DNA of 45,865 bases from Reclinomonas americana ATCC 50394 (lineage: Eukaryota). The notes beneath the pieces were generated by a model. It was not told the DNA's origin. It saw only the letters and a program-made list of their open reading frames with translations, and did not search any database. This document shows positions 33,773 to 45,865 of the stretch, in pieces. The DNA is taken from NCBI GenBank assembly GCA_048213135.1, contig PS015036.1, forward strand, positions 1 to 45,865, written 5' to 3'. Position 1 is the first letter of the stretch, and each line of letters starts with the position of its first letter. The position numbers and the translations under genes were made by a program.

Positions 33773-35101
33773 TCACGGCATATCGTCCAGTTGATCAGTT
33801 GCACGCGCACCCGAAGAATCCGCGTTGTAAGCTGCCCGTATCACGGCGCCGCAGAGGCAAAAACTCGCAGTATTGTAGTCCTTGCATCGCATCCAGAAAA
33901 CGCGAATCAGACGCTCGCCTCTGTCGTAGGTGACGATGTAGCCGCGCTGGTCGTTATCCAGCTGTGACCACCGAATGGGTTGGTTGGTGACTGAGACGAA
34001 GTCAATGCCTTCGACACGAGCGCAACTCGGATGAGCACAAGATCTTCTGCGCAAGGCGATTTGCCCGTGTCGAGTTCAAGTTTCAGCGCGCACATGTACC
34101 GTTTTCGTTTGCCGTCGTCGTCCTTCATTGCCGTCACGTGGTACTCCCCGCTGTCGGGTTGTATCTCATCACCAAACCCGTCATACACGTGACCTGTGGG
34201 GGAATTCATGCTGAGGCGTGTACAACAAGGTGAACATCGATCGCGATCCACGCCAACTCTGAGCGTGCGAACCGTGGAATCCGAAAGCTCCGGATCCGGA
34301 TCCCCGGGCACTGGCCATGGTCCTTGGTGCCATGACGGTACAGTCGATACCACCGCGCAAGCCAACACGAATCTGGAATTTTGCCGGATGGCGTCGAAGG
34401 CACACTGTGGTATTGACCGAATGCGAGTGGCCAGCAACTGATATCGATGTGAAAGACGTGAGTTGCGACGAGGCTGAGAGATCATGATCACTTGTGCAAA
34501 ACTCACCACTCGCAGCAGTCTCGTCAAGTATCATGTACTTGAGGGAACCACGTGCCAGGTAGCCCATGTCGAATTTGAAGAACCGTCCTTCCATCCACAA
34601 GGTCACCGACGATGTTGTGTAGAAGGATCGACGGCTCACAATGCACGCATGCAACAGCAGGTATGGCATGCCAAACTTGCCGGCAAGGATGAAGACAGTA
34701 CTGCTTCGAATAATCACCTGCAGCAGCATCAGAGGAGAGTCAGTCGTTGCTCTGATCACTCTCGAGCTCTAGATCTCTTTCTCCCCCTCTCACGCACACT
34801 CTCTTCTCTCTCTTCTTGCTCTCTCTGCTCTCCCTCTTCTAGTTTGCACACGCACTTTCTCTTCGTCGCCCCTCACACGCTGTTGCCATTCAAGCCCCTC
34901 CACGGAATCTGGGGCGATGGAGAAAGCCACGTCTTGGCCTCTGTCGACAGCCTTCAAGACATCTTCGATTGTGCACGCTGTGACAAAACCGAAACCCTCG
35001 CGAGATGGCTGCTGCGGATCCGAGAGCCTCGCCAGCTCAGCGAGCCTGTTGACGCGCTCCTCGAATGCGTACTGAGTGCTGGCCGACGCTCCACAACCCA
35101 T
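33773..35101 (-). CDS. Hypothetical multi-exon protein with N-myristoylation/palmitoylation motif (MGCGAS)
   Basis: ATG at 35101 gives MGCGASASTQ; ORFs 34790..35152, 34181..34759, 33907..34527 and 33773..34054 appear joinable by short introns. Confidence 0.55.
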
Positions 35102-36399
35102 TTCAGTTTCGGATTTGGCGCGAGCTCGAGTGGAGCTGTAAATGACGTGCATGGAAGTTCTCCTTCCTGATCATTCTTTGTGCGCTTTGTGTCACTTCCC
35201 GCACCACCCTTGTCGACGCTGGCCATCCTCCACCCATGCCTGCCGCGCTCAGTTGTCCTCGCACACCGCAGCAAGTCAACAACGAACTTCTCGTCCTCGC
35301 GTCCCATTTGCCCTTGACCCTTTCGTTACCCCTTTCCAACAATGTCCACTGAGGAGAGCAGAATAGGAGAGAAGGAGGCCGAAGAAGGCGCAGGNNNNNN
35401 NNNNNNNNNNNNNNNNNNNNNNNNNNNNNNNNNNNNNNNNNNNNNNNNNNNNNNNNNNNNNNNNNNNNNNNNNNNNNNNNNNNNNNNNNNNNNNNNNNNN
35501 NNNNNNNNNNNNNNNNNNNNNNNNNNNNNNNNNNNNNNNNNNNNNNNNNNNNNNNNNNNNNNNNNNNNNNNNNNNNNNNNNNNNNNNNNNNNNNNNNNNN
35601 NNNNNNNNNNNNNNNNNNNNNNNNNNNNNNNNNNNNNNNNNNNNNNNNNNNNNNNNNNNNNNNNNNNNNNNNNNNNNNNNNNNNNNNNNNNNNNNNNNNN
35701 NNNNNNNNNNNNNNNNNNNNNNNNNNNNNNNNNNNNNNNNNNNNNNNNNNNNNNNNNNNNNNNNNNNNNNNNNNNNNNNNNNNNNNNNNNNNNNNNNNNN
35801 NNNNNNNNNNNNNNNNNNNNNNNNNNNNNNNNNNNNNNNNNNNNNNNNNNNNNNNNNNNNNNNNNNNNNNNNNNNNNNNNNNNNNNNNNNNNNNNNNNNN
35901 NNNNNNNNNNNNNNNNNNNNNNNNNNNNNNNNNNNNNNNNNNNNNNNNNNNNNNNNNNNNNNNNNNNNNNNNNNNNNNNNNNNNNNNNNNNNNNNNNNNN
36001 NNNNNNNNNNNNNNNNNNNNNNNNNNNNNNNNNNNNNNNNNNNNNNNNNNNNNNNNNNNNNNNNNNNNNNNNNNNNNNNNNNNNNNNNNNNNNNNNNNNN
36101 NNNNNNNNNNNNNNNNNNNNNNNNNNNNNNNNNNNNNNNNNNNNNNNNNNNNNNNNNNNNNNNNNNNNNNNNNNNNNNNNNNNNNNNNNNNNNNNNNNNN
36201 NNNNNNNNNNNNNNNNNNNNNNNNNNNNNNNNNNNNNNNNNNNNNNNNNNNNNNNNNNNNNNNNNNNNNNNNNNNNNNNNNNNNNNNNNNNNNNNNNNNN
36301 NNNNNNNNNNNNNNNNNNNNNNNNNNNNNNNNNNNNNNNNNNNNNNNNNNNNNNNNNNNNNNNNNNNNNNNNNGTCGTTTCTCTCTCATTCTGTCCCGC

Positions 36400-36407
36400 T
36401 CACCTCT

Positions 36408-36456
<49 letters not shown>

Positions 36457-37012
36457 CCTTCTCTTCATCGCCTTGTCGTTCTCACTCTGTCCTCGCTTCC
36501 TCTCACTCTCTGTCTTGCTCGCTCTCTTTTTCGTTTTCCCATTACTTGCTATTCTTTCACTCTGCTGCCTTCGTTTTCTCTGTTTCCGTCGCCTTGTCGT
36601 TCTCGTTCTGCCCTCACTTCCTCTCTCGCTTAAACTGTCTTGCGCACTCGCCCTCTCATATCCCGATCTCTCGGCTCCTGCGCCCCGACTTGTCATTCTC
36701 TCCCTCGCCCGCCCGCTTATCCCTTGTGCTCTCTCGTATCACCTCACTCATTCTGTCACCCGTTCACCGTTGCTTCTCACTCTCCCTCTATTATCTCTTG
36801 CGCGCTTCCCCTTGTTTCCCATTCATTTTCGCTTGCCGTCTGATTCCCCTCTGTCGCCTTGTCCACCTCTCACCCTCTCTCATCTCTCTCTCTTTCTCCA
36901 TCTCTCGCCTCTCCTCTCTCTCACACACGCGCGCTTTTCCTCTCCCCTCGTCCCCCTCCCTCTCTGTCGCCCTTTCCCCTCTCCTTCCCCTCACCCCTCC
37001 CTTCCCCTCCCT
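36400..37012 (+). repeat. CT-rich low-complexity intronic tract with (CT)n
   Basis: Pyrimidine-rich stretch ending at a CTGCAG acceptor. Confidence 0.85.
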
Positions 37013-37016
37013 GCAG

Positions 37017-37425
37017 TCGAGATGCCCAACCAGCGCAAGTTCACCGACCTGGAGGACCAAGCACTGACGGCCGCCGCTCACGCGGCCAACGAGAGCGGTG
37101 GAGTGCTCGGCACCGAGGGCCGCCTGCGCACGGACATGCTGGCCAGTGGCGAGCGCCTAATGGATCCGGCGAGCTCCTCAGGTATCTCCCTTGTCCCTCC
37201 CTCCCTCTTCCGCCTCCTCCTCCTTCTATCTCTCCCTCATCGCACATCGCAGCCGCCGCCGCAGCAGTAGCGGCAGCGACAGCAGCTGCGACGATACAGG
37301 CCCAGGCCGTGTTGGCAGGAACGGCGGGCAAGAAAATGACGAATGCGGAACCGATTGGACCCGGCCTGGCCACCGACAACCTGGCGGTGGAGCGCTTCCG
37401 CCGCCGCTTCGTGTTCCGCCGATAG
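37017..37425 (+). CDS. 3' exons of a probable C9orf78/HCA59 (Tls1)-like splicing factor; 5' part in the gap (possible start at 35342)
   Basis: C-terminus GLATDNLAVERFRRRFVFRR* resembles the conserved ATDxxxxExF(K/R)(K/R) tail of that family; intron about 37182-37252. Confidence 0.45.
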
Positions 37426-37496
37426 TCTCGACCTTCCCCCAATCTCCTCTTTCTTTTTTTCATTACATGTTACACCACCGTAAAAAATGAGAAAAC

Positions 37497-39243
37497 CTAT
37501 AAGTTCACATCCAGCCGTCGCGGTGGTCTCCGGCTGAGACGACTGCCACCACCACCACCACCACCATCGCCGTCGTCCGACGCACCCTCCCGCCTCCTCC
37601 TCCTCCTGCTGCTGCTGCTGCTGCGCGTCCGCCGCACGTAGCCCGTGACCGTGCCCGACATGGTCGACTGCGCCGGCCGTGGGAACTGCAGGTCGTCCAC
37701 CTCCTGGGAGAACGCCAGCGGCGCCGGCGGCTGTCGCGGCCTCGACACCGACCTCCTCCTCACTTTTCTCGTCTTCTTCAGGCCCTTCTTGTTGCGACGG
37801 NNNNNNNNNNNNNNNNNNNNGACGCTCTTCGTCGGCACGAGGGCGCGCGCGGAGCGGCAGTGATGGGCACGGGTCGACGACACCGCGGCGTCTGGTCAGC
37901 AGTCCGTTTGCGTCGCCGGCGCATCGGAGACCGGCGGAGGCGTGGGTGCGGGAGGATTTGCGCACGAGTCGCGATCCGCCGCTGCGTCCGCAGTTGCCGC
38001 CGGACCGACTGACCTTTGCGGCGCGCATGCGTGCGGCGGTGACGCAAAAGGAGTTCAAGCGCTCGTTGGCGTACGCCGAGGCCGAGAAGCATCGGCGGGA
38101 GACGGGCGATGTGTGGAGGCCGCGGTTGGTGCGCAAGGGCCGCGAGAGTGTGCCGCTGGATGTGCCGCAGCCGCCCACCTTCTCGCCGCCCATGTCGCGG
38201 CGGCAGGTGGCGGCTCTGCTGGAGGAGTCGGTGGCGCGNNNNNNNNNNNNNNNNNNNNNNNNNNNNNNNNNNNNNNNNNNNNNNNNNNNNNNNNNNNNNN
38301 NNNNNNNNNNNNNNNNNNNNNNNNNNNNNNNNNNNNNNNGCCGCCTTGCAGGTCGCGGATACACATCCACAATGCGATCGACGGTGAACTCAGGTCCCAA
38401 CAACGACGGCTCCGATCGTGGCGACACAGCATCCTCATCAATCTCCGAGTTCTCGTACCACCCTCGTGGAGACTGCGATGACGAAGACGATGCTGACGAC
38501 GACAATGACGCGGAGGACGATGAATCGAGAATGCGATTGCGACCAAGAACGCGACCGCTCGCCCCAATCGATCCCCACGGTCCTCCACCTCCAAAGCCCA
38601 CTGTCGACGAGGCCACTGACGGTCGCGGAATACGCACTGCCTGTGGTGACATGGACAGGCGACTGTGCCGACTACTGCGCGTACTGCCCGGACTAGCTGC
38701 TGGTGCGGCCTTCTTCGCCTTGGCCTTCTTCTCGCCCGACATGCTCTCAAACTGCAGTCGCGTGCGCTGCTCCAGGTTGCTGCTGGCCAAGTCGTACACA
38801 CTGCTGCTCCGCTGCGACATGGGCGATAGAGGCGCGCGCAAGGAGGAGGAGGAGGAAGACAAGGGCGGTGCGAGTGGAGGTGGCGGCTGGTGCCGCGGGA
38901 ACACCGGACTCGCTGCAAAGTTGCGGAAGCGGATCACTACGCCGCCTCCCTCTTGCTCTTCCTGCGCGGAGACAGAGTGAGTGGAACAGCACAGAGGCCA
39001 CTTGCTCACACACACGCACGCACGCACCTGCTCGTCATCATCGCGTGGAGTGCGCAGGCCCATGCCGCGTCCCAGATCGTCCACATGCAGCTGCTCGTCG
39101 AGCAGTCGCCTCGGAGGCGGAGGAGGAGGAGGCTGTGAAGGAGGAGCAGCTCGTGCAGAGGCACTTCTCATGCGTTCTGCCTCCTGTAACCGCCGACGCA
39201 GTTCGCCGAGCACATCACTGACTTGTGCGTCGGCTGCACTCAT
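37497..39243 (-). CDS. Hypothetical Ser/Pro/Arg-rich low-complexity protein, interrupted by two gaps
   Basis: MSAADAQVSDVLGELRRRLQEAERMRS... at 39243; intron about 39027-38964; terminal exon ...RRPPRRLDVNL* at 37497. Confidence 0.55.
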
Positions 39244-39681
39244 GGTCTTCCCCAATGGTGACAATCTGCAACGGTCAATTGCTCTTTCTCCGTCCTCTGT
39301 CGCCATTGTTCCTTTGTTCATCTTTCCACACACACACACAGTCGAGCTATTGTTGTGCACTGACACGCGCGCTCATCCCTTCGTCGCTCTACAGTCGACA
39401 ATCGTTCATTGTGCGCATGTCAACAAGTTTGCAAAGAGATTCCTCTCATCTTCCCCTTCCTCGCCTTTCACGCATATGGTCTTTCCTTTGGCGAACGGCA
39501 TGTGCGTGAGCAGCGACAGCCGCCAATAATGAGGCCAACCAACACACACGAAATGCCACTCGCATCTCAAATCCGCTGCTCATCACTGCCAAACGCGTCT
39601 CCCGCGCACGCAACCGCGTATGCAACGTCTTGTGTGATGATTGCATTTACTCTTCATAGCGCGCGCGCACGCAAAGACAAC

Positions 39682-41852
39682 ATGGCAGTTGCCGCACATC
39701 GTCATCGCTATCACCACTCGGCCTCGGGTGACCACATGCCACTCTTTCACCACCATGCGCCCGCCATGATGATCTCTCCTCCGTTGGCGTTTTACACTGC
39801 CACCACAACCATTGCGTCATCATCATCATCGACGACATCATCAGCGGCGGTGTCTCGCAAGGCGCACCACCCGTCGCCACCGCGCAAGCTCAAGAAGCCG
39901 GCCATCGCGACAGGATTTGGCGTGTCGTGTTTGTGTCGTCGGAGAGGTTGCTCGACGGCGGATTTGACCATCAACTGTGACGAGGAGCGCGAGGATCCGG
40001 TGGAGGACTTCTACTTGCCCGAGTCGCCCTCGTCTGCGTCGGATCTGGTGTTGTGGTCGTCGTCGTCGGCCTCGGAGGTCTCGTCGCCGTCTGCGTCGCC
40101 GACACCGCGACAGCTGCTGAGTGTGTCGTTTGGCGAGGAGCTCACAGAGGAGGAGGAGCGGCAGTGTCGTGAGCTGCTGCGACAAGTCATGCAGGCGCGA
40201 CGACAGGTGCGTGCGTGCGTGTGGCTTGTGTGTGAGGTTGTGTTTGGCGCAAGTCGTCCTTATTTGGACTTGGATCACACAGAACTTTGTGCCATCGGTG
40301 GGCTTCCTGCCAATGCCCGAGACGATCGTGCCTCCGGCATGTGTCGCTCGCACGCCGACCGCCTGCGTGTGCGGTGGTGATTGCGCATTGCCACAGGCGC
40401 GCGTCACGATTGACATGACGACGGGAGTGTATCACAGTGCGCGTTCGGATGTGCGTGTGGCGGTGGTGCCCGACGTGCATCCGGGCATCGTTCATCGCCT
40501 GCCCGCCGATGCGCCGTGCGTGCCGGTGCCGCTGGCGGTGTCGGCCGACGGAAAGCGCATTGCGGTGGCCGGCGCAGCGGGTGGCGGCGCCAAGGACATT
40601 GTGAGCTCGGCGTCGCTGGACGAGTTGTCGCTGCCGCGGCACACGGTGGTGGCCGGTGCGGCCGCCGATGCGTTGACGTTTGTGGCCGACTCGCATGCGG
40701 TGCTGGCCGTGTCGACCGACGCTGCGCTGACGGTGCTGAGTGCGGACTCGGGCGAGCGCGAGCTGCTGCACAATGAGCTGCCGATGGTCAACTTGCCGCT
40801 GTGCTGCGTGGCCGTGTCGCCCGACTACCGGCAGACGGTGCTCGGCGACGCCAGTGGCATGCTGACTGTGTTCCAGGAGGCGGCCAGCGACGACAAGAGC
40901 AGCGACACGTTTGCGCAGCAGGTGCACACGCGCTCACGATCGCGGGTGTGCGCCGTGGCCTTTTCGCCCGACGCCCGCGATCTGGCGTGCACGAATCGCG
41001 ACGGCACCGTCAGCGTGTGGTTCGGCTTCAACCCCATGTCGCCGGCGGACTTTGCCGACTCAGTGGTCAGCGGTCCGCCGCCATCGCGAGTGCTGTCGAG
41101 GCCGCAGGGTGGTCGGCCCGACATTGGCTTTGCGCCGCTGGCGTGGAGCCCGGTCGGCAAGCGGCTGCTGGTCGGCGAGTACAGCCGCTCGTCGCCGTGC
41201 TCGCTCCTCATGTGGCACCTGGACCAGCCGGGCACCTTGCCGGTGGTCAGCGTGGCGCAACCAGGCACCGTCACCAGCGTTGGCTGGATGCTCGACAACG
41301 CCTCGCTGTGCGTCAGCTGCTCCTCCGACATGACGCTCAGCACGTGGTGCGCCGCCGACCTCACCCGACTCCAGACCGTGCACCTGCGATCGGCACCACC
41401 GCGCATGTTGGCACTGCCGACGCGGAACAGATTTGCTCCGGCACTGGCCACCTTGCCGGCGCACTCGAACAGCCTGGTGGTCTCTGCCGGCGGCTCCCTC
41501 ATCAGCGTGTTGAATAGTGCGTTCAACACCCCTCCTCTCTCTTCTTTCTTCTCCTCCTTCCGTCTTCTCACTTGCCTGCTGTGCAGTTGTCGGCGTCGAC
41601 GTCGAGGTCGGTGACTGCCGGCGCGCCGTGGAGGCCGTCCGCGCATTGCTTCCACTGGACGACGACGACACGCAGATGGATGCCGAGAGCAGCGATGACA
41701 CCGACGACAGCCGTCGCATGTGGGCCGACAGCGATCCACGGCTATCGCTCGTCCTCATTGTCATGAACGCCTTCATGCTGGAGGAGGCCCGACTGCACGC
41801 ACTGCGATTCCGCTACCACAAGATGGCCGCGGCGCAGCTGTCGCCGTCATAG
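39682..41852 (+). CDS. Divergent WD40/beta-propeller protein with low-complexity N-terminus
   Basis: LAVSADGKRIAVAG, CVAVSPDYRQTVLGDASGMLTVF, AVAFSPDARDLACTNRDGTVSVW, LAWSPVGKRLLVG and VTSVGW..SSDMTLSTW; GT-AG introns near 40207-40282 and 41517-41586. Start uncertain. Confidence 0.7.
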
Positions 41853-43169
41853 CCCGGCACCTACTAATGTACCAATCAATTAATGTTGTTATCGCTGCGA
41901 AGTTGTCCTCGTTGCATCGCTTTCTCTTTGTTGTTGCGTCGATGCTGGCTCACTTTATCGGTGGGCGACACGTGGTGGCCGGCTCCGGTGCCCTCTTTGC
42001 ACTGAGCGTGTTGCGTTGCACCGTTTTCTTGCGTGCGTGCGCGCGTGCAGCAGTTGTCTCACCTCCTCCCGAGCAGGCGATCCTCACGACGCTTCAAGTG
42101 CGCCCACTTCGACCTCGTCGCCACGCACCTTCCCGCGCCTCCACCCGCCCCTCGCCCTNNNNNNNNNNNNNNNNNNNNNNNNNNNNNNNNNNNNNNNNNN
42201 NNNNNNNNNNNNNNNNNNNNNNNNNNNNNNNNNNNNNNNNNNNNNNNNNNNNNNNNNNNNNNNNNNNNNNNNNNNNNNNNNNNNNNNNNNNNNNNNNNNN
42301 NNNNNNNNNNNNNNNNNNNNNNNNNNNNNNNNNNNNNNNNNNNNNNNNNNNNNNNNNNNNNNNNNNNNNNNNNNNNNNNNNNNNNNNNNNNNNNNNNNNN
42401 NNNNNNNNNNNNNNNNNNNNNNNNNNNNNNNNNNNNNNNNNNNNNNNNNNNNNNNNNNNNNNNNNNNNNNNNNNNNNNNNNNNNNNNNNNNNNNNNNNNN
42501 NNNNNNNNNNNNNNNNNNNNNNNNNNNNNNNNNNNNNNNNNNNNNNNNNNNNNNNNNNNNNNNNNNNNNNNNNNNNNNNNNNNNNNNNNNNNNNNNNNNN
42601 NNNNNNNNNNNNNNNNNNNNNNNNNNNNNNNNNNNNNNNNNNNNNNNNNNNNNNNNNNNNNNNNNNNNNNNNNNNNNNNNNNNNNNNNNNNNNNNNNNNN
42701 NNNNNNNNNNNNNNNNNNNNNNNNNNNNNNNNNNNNNNNNNNNNNNNNNNNNNNNNNNNNNNNNNNNNNNNNNNNNNNNNNNNNNNNNNNNNNNNNNNNN
42801 NNNNNNNNNNNNNNNNNNNNNNNNNNNNNNNNNNNNNNNNNNNNNNNNNNNNNNNNNNNNNNNNNNNNNNNNNNNNNNNNNNNNNNNNNNNNNNNNNNNN
42901 NNNNNNNNNNNNNNNNNNNNNNNNNNNNNNNNNNNNNNNNNNNNNNNNNNNNNNNNNNNNNNNNNNNNNNNNNNNNNNNNNNNNNNNNNNNNNNNNNNNN
43001 NNNNNNNNNNNNNNNNNNNNNNNNNNNNNNNNNNNNNNNNNNNNNNNNNNNNNNNNNNNNNNNNNNNNNNNNNNNNNNNNNNNNNNNNNNNNNNNNNNNN
43101 NNNNNNNNNNNNNNNNNNNNNNNNNNNNNNNNNNNNNNNNNNNNNNNNNNNNNNNGGTGGAGTGGCGAT

Positions 43170-43184
43170 GATCCTCTCACTCAC

Positions 43185-43241
<57 letters not shown>

Positions 43242-43570
43242 TCATTCTCTCTCTCTCACGCGCATTCTCTCTCTCTCACACACACTCACTCGCCTTCACT
43301 CTCACACTCTCTCACCTCTCTCTCTTCTCTCTCACCTCTCTCTCTTCTCTCTCTCTCTCTCTCTCCCTTGTCTGCTTCTCTCCCCTTGTTTCTCACGCGT
43401 TGCCTTCTCTCTATCCCTCTCCTGTCTCCTTGTCTCCTTCTTCCTCTCTCTCTCTCTCTCGCATTCTTCTTCCTTCTCTCCCTATCTCTCCTCTTCTCCT
43501 CTCCTCCCTTCTCTCCCTCTCCCTCCTTCTCCCTCTCCCTTCTCCTCCCCCCTCACCCTTCTCCCCATTT
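43170..43570 (+). repeat. (CT)n/(CA)n-rich intronic tract
   Basis: Directly visible; precedes the acceptor at 43574. Confidence 0.85.
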
Positions 43571-43574
43571 CCAG

Positions 43575-43985
43575 TCAAGTTGTTCGACGACAACACCTAC
43601 TTGCGCGTGGCATCCACCTTCCACGGCATGCACGCCATTGCTCGACAGCTGTCGCCGACCAAGGGCTCCTCCGGCTTGTCGTCCGTGCAGGCCGACACCT
43701 TCAGCATGCACTGCTTCCAGACACTGACTGGTGGGTGATTGTTGCGCTCTCTCTCCTTGCACTCCGACCTTCTCTGACTCTCTCTCCGAAACAGGCACCA
43801 AATTCTTTGTGGTGGCCGACTTGCATGCGCGCGACGTGGAGAGCCTGCTCCAGAATGTGTACGAGGTGTTTGTGGATTACGCCCTCAAGAACCCCTTCTA
43901 CGAGGCCGAGATGCCGATCCGCTGCGAGCTCTTCGACATCAACCTCGACGCCACCATTGCCGGGTACAACTCCAAGGCACTCTGA
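43575..43985 (+). CDS. TRAPPC4: Trafficking protein particle complex subunit 4 (Trs23/synbindin), last two exons (43575-43730, 43795-43985); 5' end in the gap
   Basis: [41 protein letters not shown] and [27 protein letters not shown] are hallmark Trs23 motifs. Confidence 0.92.
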
Positions 43986-44038
43986 TGAAGATTGTTGTTG
44001 TTGCTGTTGTTCCATAAGTGTATCGTGTATTGTGTGCT

Positions 44039-45808
44039 TCATTCATCGTCGGCGTCCATGGCTGTGGCCTGCTGGTGCACGCCACTGCCGCTGCCGCCGC
44101 CGTCCTCGTCCTCACCCTCGCCGTCGTCGTCGTCGTGGAGACCGAGTGTGTGCGGTTCCACCAAGTAGGGCGTCTCGTCGAGGCGCCTCATGCTGGCAAT
44201 CGAGTCGTCGACCCACGCGCGGTACACGAACTTGGGTCGAGAGCGCACGCACAACTGGCGCAGCGATGGCAGGCGCCACGTGTCTAGCGAATCGCACACA
44301 ACGTGCGTGATGATGGTGCTCGGGTTCGTCTCGATGGTGGCACCGTGCGCCGACAGCGCAATTTCCGTCTCGTTCAGCCAGCTGTCCTCGATGCGAGTCG
44401 ACGGGTCGCTGCAGGAGAGACCGGTGAGTCGGGAACGCACGTAGTGCAAGAGAGGCACGAGCGAATAACGCAACCCGAGTTCGACAAAGGCGTCGACGTA
44501 GAAGATGAGGGGCGAAAAGATGCTGGTCTCGGGCATGCAACCGGTCTCCTCGTACTGCTCCATCTGCCACCAGTCGCGGCCGGCCGGCTGATGATGCAAA
44601 CAAGATTCACAACAAAGGACATGGTGTATGAGGTCGAAGGGCAGACACGCAACATCGTCGGGCGGTCGCGGATAGTCGACCATGCGGGCGAACACGGCGC
44701 GCAGTTCATCCGTACTGACTGGCTCCATGTACGAGTCGCCGTACTTGTCGGAGAGCACCTTGAAGGCCTCGCTGGTCTTCGGCGACGTGTAGATCATCCA
44801 CCTGCAAGCCACGATTGAGTGAGAAGAAGAAGACAGTCGCCGCTTCCCTTCACGACTCAACTTTTCCGAGAGCGGTATCCGCTGGCGTCGATTGAGACAC
44901 TCGGCGAACCAGTCCAGCTTGACAATGTCCACAGGGCGAAAGACGCCAGTCTCAAAGCCACGAATCACGTCCTTGACTCGCACGTCTGTTGAAGGGAAGG
45001 GAGATGAGCGACAAGCGAACAATAAGCAAAACAGTGTTGACAAAACTATTGGAGCTGGCAAGCATAATGTTGGTGGTCGGCGTGCACTCCTGCGTCTTGC
45101 GGCCACCGTACTTGACGATCAGTTCCTCTACTCGTGCCTTGCCCGTGCGTCCATCGGTCGACTCCAGCGGGCCCTTTGTGTAGTTGATCTTGGAGTCGAC
45201 ATAGAGAACGACTGGAGGGACACAGCAGTGTGTGAGATCCAGCGTTTCATCCCACTCTTCTCCTTCCAACGCACCAAACTCGTCGCCACGGAAGACGTTG
45301 CCCTGCACCTCCACACGCGACGTGTCCGTGTCGCGAAACTGCGGTGCAATCATCAGCGCCTGACGGGTGCGCGGCGCCACGTTCCGACGCTTGCTGGCCG
45401 TCTCGTCGGGCAGGTACTCGCCCGTCCTCTTGGCGTTCGTGCCGAGCAGGCCGTTCTGTGACTCGGAATCGTGCACAAGCACCATGTACTCTGCGTGTTG
45501 AAGCAATGAGCAGTTGTGGTGGTGGTACCAAAAACACACACACACTCTCACACCATCCAGCGTCAGCGAGTCACGCCAGTCCTTGTCGTGACGCACTCGC
45601 ATCATGCGCGGAAAGCGCAAGGTGTAGCCAGTGCGGAACTTGTCGGTGGTGATGATGGAGTAGCCGCGCACTTGCAGCACGATGGATCTGTGTATGCAGG
45701 CAACCAAAAGAGTGAGCACGAGGACCGTCCCTGTGTGCCTACCACGACGACGAAACTTGTCGGCTGGGATCCACACCGACGGCACATCGTTCGCGGCCGG
45801 CCGCCAGC
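44039..45808 (-). CDS. LIG4: DNA ligase IV, C-terminal part (end of OB fold, two BRCT domains, XRCC4-interacting linker); continues past the window edge
   Basis: VPSVWI..SIVLQVRG..GYTLRFPRMMRVRHDKDWRD; BRCT1 VEELIVKYGG..DIVKLDWFAECL; linker DKYGDSY; BRCT2 ITHVVCD..VYRAWVDDSI. Confidence 0.92.
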
Positions 45809-45865
45809 CTGCAGTAAGATGATAGAAGTGTAAGAGAAAGAGGCAAGAGTGCCTGCAAGGGGAGC

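Noticed and set aside
41942-42158. First exons of TRAPPC4 (MLAHFI/VVSPPPEQ...)
   Set aside because: Lacks the expected N-terminal NKxGGLI motif and is separated by a 1-kb gap, so it cannot be assigned.
1-45865. Alternative genetic code, transposons, tRNA or rRNA genes
   Set aside because: The in-frame stops examined fall inside plausible introns. No transposase or RT motifs, terminal repeats or structured RNA genes were recognised by eye.

Overview
GC-rich, gene-dense eukaryotic scaffold (probably a flagellated protist) with several N gaps, many short spliceosomal introns (about 55-90 nt) and some introns expanded by AG/CT microsatellites. Recognisable genes in order: a GT77-type glycosyltransferase (+), a large multi-exon orphan (-), a CYLD-like deubiquitinase with an N-terminal C2H2 finger (+), an EF-hand/WD40 protein of the WDR49/WDR64 type (-), a coiled-coil protein (+), a PRDX5-like peroxiredoxin (-), an intronless 7-repeat WD40 protein (-), a Cys-rich protein (-), an NLR-like STAND protein (-), a secreted low-complexity protein (+), a probably myristoylated orphan (-), a C9orf78-like 3' end (+), a low-complexity protein (-), a divergent WD40-like protein (+), TRAPPC4 (+, partial) and DNA ligase IV (-, partial). 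The most striking item is the NLR-like gene at 25566-30377. After manual splicing it reads as a ubiquitin-like header, a HEPN-like domain with RxxxxH, a NACHT domain, pentapeptide repeats and 14 near-identical WD40 repeats with hypervariable positions. A sensor-only WD40 paralog with an F-box-like tail lies 1.5 kb downstream, suggesting a candidate protist immune module. All exon boundaries and domain calls were made by eye; no searches were run.
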